A stretch of 63,566 nt of DNA, the filler included, from Craspedostauros australis (Eukaryota), in NCBI GenBank assembly GCA_030167865.1. It is 7 parts of 7 records of this genome, joined end to end, with 100 filler letters (N's around TTAATTAATTAA, not from the genome) between each part and the next. Parts side by side here need not be neighbours in the genome. Positions count along the whole stretch, not along the records: positions 57,855 to 60,097 come from JALAGF010005978.1; positions 60,198 to 63,566 come from JALAGF010005979.1; 5 more parts are not named here. One strand, written 5' to 3'. The notes beneath the pieces were generated by a model that had not been told where the DNA came from, searched no databases, and was given only the letters and a program-made list of their open reading frames with translations. The position numbers were made by a program, and so were the translations under genes. Of this stretch, positions 57,855 through 63,566 are shown piece after piece. Each line of letters opens with the position of its first letter. Position 1 is the first letter of the stretch.

Positions 57855-60097
57855 TACAGATTCATTCGGTTCCTCGCACTCTGCACTCGGTGCTGGACGA
57901 CAAGCAGTCGTCTCAGCACTGGCATCCTCCTCCGCCCAACCTCAATGTTGGACCTCTTCGCGTCGTCCGCGTGGACGCCGTGAAGGTGTATGGTAAACCT
58001 GTGCTGCATCCTGGTGGTCTCATCCCGATCGGCTGCCTTCGGTCGGAGTTTGTGCTGGCGCCTTCCGTGTTCGGTCGTGGCAAGTGGTGCGCTCGCCCGC
58101 TTCGGTCGTTCGAGCGTCTTCGTGCGCTCGACTTCCCTGATACGGTTGCTCTCACCCTTCCTTCTGCTTCTNCTTCTGCGCTCCCNGGCAANTTGTTNTT
58201 CTCTGTTTTGTCCCAACTTTGCACATTCAACGAGGGGGGTACTTTTCTTTTCGATTCTTCTTCCTTTGCGACTGGCTGCCGTCCTGCCAGTTCGCCTCCA
58301 TCTTCTGCCGGTCGCGGCTTGAGTCCGTCTGCAGCGGTATTCATTCCTGGATCCACTGCAATGACATCTACCGCTCACCGTGCTACCATCAACTCTATGT
58401 TGCTGCCATCTTCTGGCGATTCCATGCCTCTCACTTCATCGCTCCACACCATCAGCTCCGTCTCTCCTCCTGCCTCGTCACCTACCAACGACAACTCGTC
58501 TTGTACTCCTGATTCCACAGATTCATCAGCAGCCAGNNNNNNNNNNNNNNNNNNNNNNNNNNNNNNNNNNNNNCTTCAGCGCAGCGTGCTGGAGGAGGCA
58601 GAATGGAACCGGCGCGCTCAGAAGGCTACCAAGTCCGACGACGCATCCATTCCCACTCACCTCTGGATGGATCAGCTGGTCAAGGGGTCTGCAAATCAAT
58701 GGGATATGGCGGATATGCAGAACCTGGAAGCCGGATGCAACGGCCTGAGGAGATGGATGTTGGGATGGTGGNNNNNNNNNNNNNNNNNNNNNNNNNNNNN
58801 NNNNNNNNNNNNNNNNNNNNNTCGTCCGCGTGGACGCCGTGAAGGTGTATGGTAAACCTGTGCTGCATCCTGGTGGTCTCATCCCGATCGGCTGCCTTCG
58901 GTCGGCGTTTGTGATGGCGCCTTCCGTGTTCGGTCGTGGCAGGTGGTGTGCTCGCCCACTTCGGTCGTTCGAGCGTCTTCGTGCACTCGACTTCCCTGAT
59001 ACGGTTGCTCTCACCCTTCCTTCTGCTTCTGCTTCTGCGCTCCCGGGCAAATTGTTCTTCTCTGTTTTGTCCCAACTTTGCACATTCAACGAGGGGGGTA
59101 CTTTTCTTTTCGATTCTTCTTCCTTTGCGACTGGCTGCCGTCCTGCCAGTTCGCCTCCATCTTCCGCCGGTCGCGGCTTGAGTCCGTCTGCAGCGGTATT
59201 CATTCCTGGATCCGCTGCAGCGGCATCTTCCGCTCACCAGGTTACTACCAACTCTATGTCGCTACCATCTTCTGGCGACTCCATGCCTCTCACTTCATCG
59301 CTCCACACCATCAGCTCCGTCTCTCCTCCTGCCTCGTCACCTACCAACGGCAACTCGTCTTGTACTCCTGATTCCACAGATTCATCAGCAGCCAGTCACC
59401 CTCCCATCACGACATGGGTGGCTCCATCAGAACTTCAGCGCAGCGTGCTGGAGGAGGCAGAATGGAACCGGCGCGCTCAGAAGGCTACCAAGTCCGACGA
59501 CGCATCCATTCCCACTCACCTCTGGATGGATCAGCTGGTCAAGGGGTCTGCAAATCAATGGGATATGGCGGATATGCAGAACCTGGAAGCCGGATGCAAC
59601 GGCCTGAGGAGATGGATGTTGGGATGGTGGAGTCGGCGTGTCACCACCTCCTTCTGGAGATGTTACTGTCGGCATCACCCCTCCCTGCGTCGTGTCACCA
59701 CCAAGGTTGTTGCTGTTTCAACTGATGGCATCTACCGATGGAACCGGAAAGGCAGGGCAAGGTATGCAGCNNNNNNNNNNNNNNNNNNNNNNNNNNNNNN
59801 NNNNNNNNNNNNNNNNNNNNNNNNNNNNNNNNNNNNNNNGTGTCGCTCCACTTGGTGGAATTGGGACGACGGATCTCGCCCTCTGTTCTGGAGGTGGGCC
59901 AAGGAATATCAGACTATCATTCAAGAGGGTCTGCCGGTACACTTTCAATCGTCGCCGCCAAGCTACACTCAACTGCAACGCAACGCCAACGATCCCCACA
60001 TTCGAGACATGATGGCAGCCAAGCTGTGCAAGGTCCGACAAAAGCGATACATCATCCCAGGCACTGTTCACTCCCTCACTTCGTTCTTCGGGGTACC
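57855..60097 (+). mobile_element. Two overlapping diverged copies of a retroelement ORF (DIRS-like RT N-terminus preceded by a C5-methyltransferase-like segment)
   Basis: Copies 57855-58771 and 58822-60097 differ by several substitutions. The ORF ends WWNWDDGSRPLFWRW...KLCKVRQKRYIIPGTVHSLTSFFGV, which resembles the start of a DIRS-type RT (xxFxVPK) and is cut by the contig end. Confidence 0.55.
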
Positions 60098-60388
60098 NNN
60101 NNNNNNNNNNNNNNNNNNNNNNNNNNNNNNNNNNNNNNNNNTTAATTAATTAANNNNNNNNNNNNNNNNNNNNNNNNNNNNNNNNNNNNNNNNNNNNCAG
60201 GCATTTACAAAACGAGCACCAACAACAATAGAGGACCACAAAGAGGCAGAGAGGACAACACAACCGCATCAACACCAGATCCGTCTTTTTGTTCGTCTGA
60301 TCTGTTCATCGAAAAGCGAACATAATTGCGATCGAAACAGCCGACAAGAGTTGGACTTCGAGTATCCCATCAACCTCCATTTGCATCC

Positions 60389-63300
60389 ATGGACGCAAAG
60401 ATGACAACCGCTGCAGTGACAAACAACATGACGGCGAGTAGTAAGATCGACGTCGGGAGGAACGCGTCAAGCATGCGGCTGNCGNGAAGAGCTTTGCTTT
60501 CCTTTCGGTCCGGACAGGGTCAGGATGCCACCACCGCGTCGGTGCGTTCCGGTAACTCAACCACCATCTCCACCGTCACCATCGGCGGCGATCGATCGTC
60601 AATCGAGGATGGGTCCAAGCACGAGATATACAGCATGGACAATACGCATTCAGATCACAATGGTAGTGACCTGGGCAGCCGAAGTTTTCACCAACCCAGA
60701 AGACCAACCAACAGTACCAGGAGCAACGGCAGCAGCATCGACGAAGATGACATCGATGATGCATCATCGTCTTGGAACAAGCTCGACTTTCTTCATTCTG
60801 GATTCGTTGGTCGGGATGATGAGTTGGAAAAGCTGAGATCGATCTATGGCCGGCTATGTCGCAAGCAATCAGTAACATCNTCACCGGACACGGAAGTCAG
60901 CAAGGAGATGCAAGTCGTTCTGGTTCATGGCCACTCTGGGACGGGCAAATCGGCATTGGTGGAAGCATTCGTCCGCCCGCTTTTAGCCAAAGCGAAGCAA
61001 CCGAAAGCCGCCGACACCGAACGGGAGGATGAAACAAATGATGACGAAGCGCAACCAACAGCAACGCCAACGGCAACAACACCATCGACAGAACAAGCAA
61101 CGCCACAGCCTGCTGCCCAATCTATCGCGAAGCCGTGCTACTTGTGCAAGGGCAAATACGATCAATTCAATGTTGGCGGCGCGCTATCTGCTGTCACGGA
61201 AGCATTCTCAGAGTTCTTCCTCCAATTGGCCAACTCGGACGACATCAANGAATGCGAGCGTATCGCAACCGCCATCTGCGAGAAGCTGGATGCGACCCGC
61301 CGAAAGCTGTCGTACCGCATCATCCCGGGGCTGGCCAAGCTCATGAGCAAGGTCGATCCTGATGGAACGAACCGCGCTGCTGTTGGGTATGACTTCGGCA
61401 CGCGCAACACAAACAGATCAAGCATCCATGGATCCCTGAAGCACTCGGACGGGGACGCTGGTCCCCTCGCACCATCCGTGACAGGGAGTCAAACCACCGA
61501 GATGACCGTTGAAGAGAGTCTCGAGTCGTTGATCTCGCATGACGCAGGCTTTCAACAGATCGTGTTTGGTTTCAAGGTCATCATCAAGGTGGTCAGCACG
61601 ACCACACAGCCAGTAGTGTTGTATCTCGATGGTGAGTGAACGGTGGCTGTGGCCAATCGCAGTGGACAGTACCAAATGTCATGGTCTATTCGTGTGTCAT
61701 CACAGAATGCAACAACTTCCCATTTATCTGTTCGCACACTCACAACTATACGCACATGGCCCAATCCGCCGTCCTTCGCATCATTCTCGCTATTCCGCTC
61801 CACTATCCCATGCCATACCTCGCCATGCCACACCCAAACTATTTTGATAGATCTGCAATGGGCCGACGACGCGTCATTGAAACTCATTGCTGATATCCTC
61901 GTGGATACGTCTATCCAGAATTTGCTGTTGATCGGATCCTACCGCTCCAACGAGGTCAACGACGATGATCAGCATCCACTCAACATCATGCTGAAAGAGT
62001 GGAAGCAGACCGAAGCGCAGAGGATCCACGAGATTCCACTCAACGACTTCACCAAGGAGCAAGTCGCACAGTATATTGCGAACGGACTCAAGCTGGACGT
62101 CAATCGCAAGGTCAACGAGCTGGCGACGACGCTGCACAACAAGACGAAGGGGAACGTCCTGTACGTCATGCAATCCCTGGAGGAGCTTCATAGGAAGCAG
62201 ATCCTGGCTCGCAACATCCATACCATGCAGTGGGACTGGGATCACGAACGANNNNNNNNNNNNNNNNNNNNNNNNNNNNNNNNNNNNNNNNNNNNNNNNN
62301 NCCATGCCACACCCAAACTATTTTGATAGATCTGCAATGGGCCGACGACGCGTCATTGAAACTCATTGCTGATATCCTCGTGGATACGTCTATCCAGAAT
62401 TTGCTGTTGATCGGATCCTACCGCTCCAACGAGGTCAACGACGATGATCAGCATCCACTCAACATCATGCTGAAAGAGTGGAAGCAGACCGAAGCGCAGA
62501 GGATCCACGAGATTCCACTCAACGACTTCACCAAGGAGCAAGTCGCACAGTATATTGCGAACGGACTCAAGCTGGACGTCAATCGCAAGGTCAACGAGCT
62601 GGCGACGACGCTGCACAACAAGACGAAGGGGAACGTCCTGTACGTCATGCAATCCCTGGAGGAGCTTCATAGGAAGCAGATCCTGGCTCGCAACATCCAT
62701 ACCATGCAGTGGGACTGGGATCACGAACGAGCAGCCAAGGACCTGGATCTGGCAGCGAACGTCATCGACCTCATCACATCCAAGCTACACTCGCTACCAC
62801 AGGATGTCCAGACCTGCCTGATGATGGCATCCTTCCTTCGATCGATGTTCAACCAGTCCGTGCTGGAGATCTTACTGGAGAAGGAGGCAGAATGGCATCG
62901 CTCCAATATCACTGCTTCCGATGGGTTGGACCATGGTGGAAACACCGCAGAGATGGGCAACCTGGAAAGCATCCTGGAAACTGCCACGAAGGAAGGCTTG
63001 CTTCAGAAAGTTGGTCCTGCGCGAACGCAAGCCCAAACGCAAGCCCCGCAGGAAGGGATGGCATTGGCAGACGCAGACAAGAAGAAGCCTATTGGCATAG
63101 GCACCCGTCCTTCGTCAGAAGCTGCCGCTGCCGCTACACCATGCGTGTACAGATTCGTTCACGACCGGATCCAGCAAGCAGCCCATGCCATGACCCCGAA
63201 GGGCAAGGAACTCGAATGTCTCAGGCATCGCCTCGGGAAGGCCTTGATGGAGCTTACATCACACCCCATTCTGGGAGAGAGCTGGATGGTGTTCGTTGCT

Positions 63301-63566
63301 GCGGACCAATTCGAATCGATGCCGGTGATGTTGCCTCCAGTTGAAGTCGTTTCGCCGCTCGATTTGGTCCACCTCAACCTCACAGCGGGTCAGATGGCAG
63401 TCTCAGTCTCTGCCTTTGTGCACGCATCGAAGTATCTCAACCGAGCCTTACAGATGATCGAAACCATGGTCCATGATGCGTGGGAAACGCAACATGATCT
63501 GTGCCTTGAGGTGTACAAGACCTTGGCAAAGGTCGAGCTGAGCCTTGGCTACCATGACCGTGGATC
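60389..63566 (+). CDS. STAND-type P-loop ATPase (AAA_16/COG3899-like) with helical C-terminal region; intron 61632-61850; 3'-partial
   Basis: FVGRDDELEKL, Walker A GHSGTGKS, GKYDQ. Splicing gives Walker B VLYLDDLQWAD, followed by IGSYRSNEV, KTKGN, YRFVHDRIQQAA and LNLTAG...SAF...YL. Region 61822-62251 is repeated at 62302-62730 across a gap (artefact). Confidence 0.9.

Noticed and set aside
61822..62730. Apparent exon duplication in the STAND ATPase
   Set aside because: Apparently identical copies on either side of a 50-N gap indicate a scaffolding overlap.

Overview
Eukaryotic DNA, most likely a diatom (inferred from bipartite plastid presequences, diatom-type Copia elements, RxL propeptides and GT-AG introns). 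The window is not one locus: six artificial 100-bp spacers (44N-TTAATTAATTAA-44N) join seven pieces (1-26215, 26316-32031, 32132-46212, 46313-51812, 51913-57754, 57855-60097, 60198-63566), and several 50-N gaps are flanked by duplicated overlaps. Piece 1 is gene-dense: the 3' part of a Pls/PosA-type membrane NRPS-like gene, ABC-F, parvulin, claudin-like protein, S10 carboxypeptidase, VOC protein, mitochondrial ferredoxin, arrestin-like protein, M16 peptidase, EGF membrane protein, NadD-like enzyme and the end of a DD39D mariner transposase. Piece 2 holds an ankyrin protein and a PGAP1-like lipase. Piece 3 holds two convergent, decayed Copia elements and a nested solo LTR, all with non-TG LTR starts; one element has a candidate UGA-readthrough gag-pol junction. 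The other pieces carry a secreted Cys-repeat protein, a large mucin-like (PTSG)n/Cys-domain protein, a DIRS-like RT ORF that appears to carry a C5-cytosine-methyltransferase-like domain (top novelty candidate), and a STAND ATPase. All family calls come from motif recognition by eye; no searches were run.
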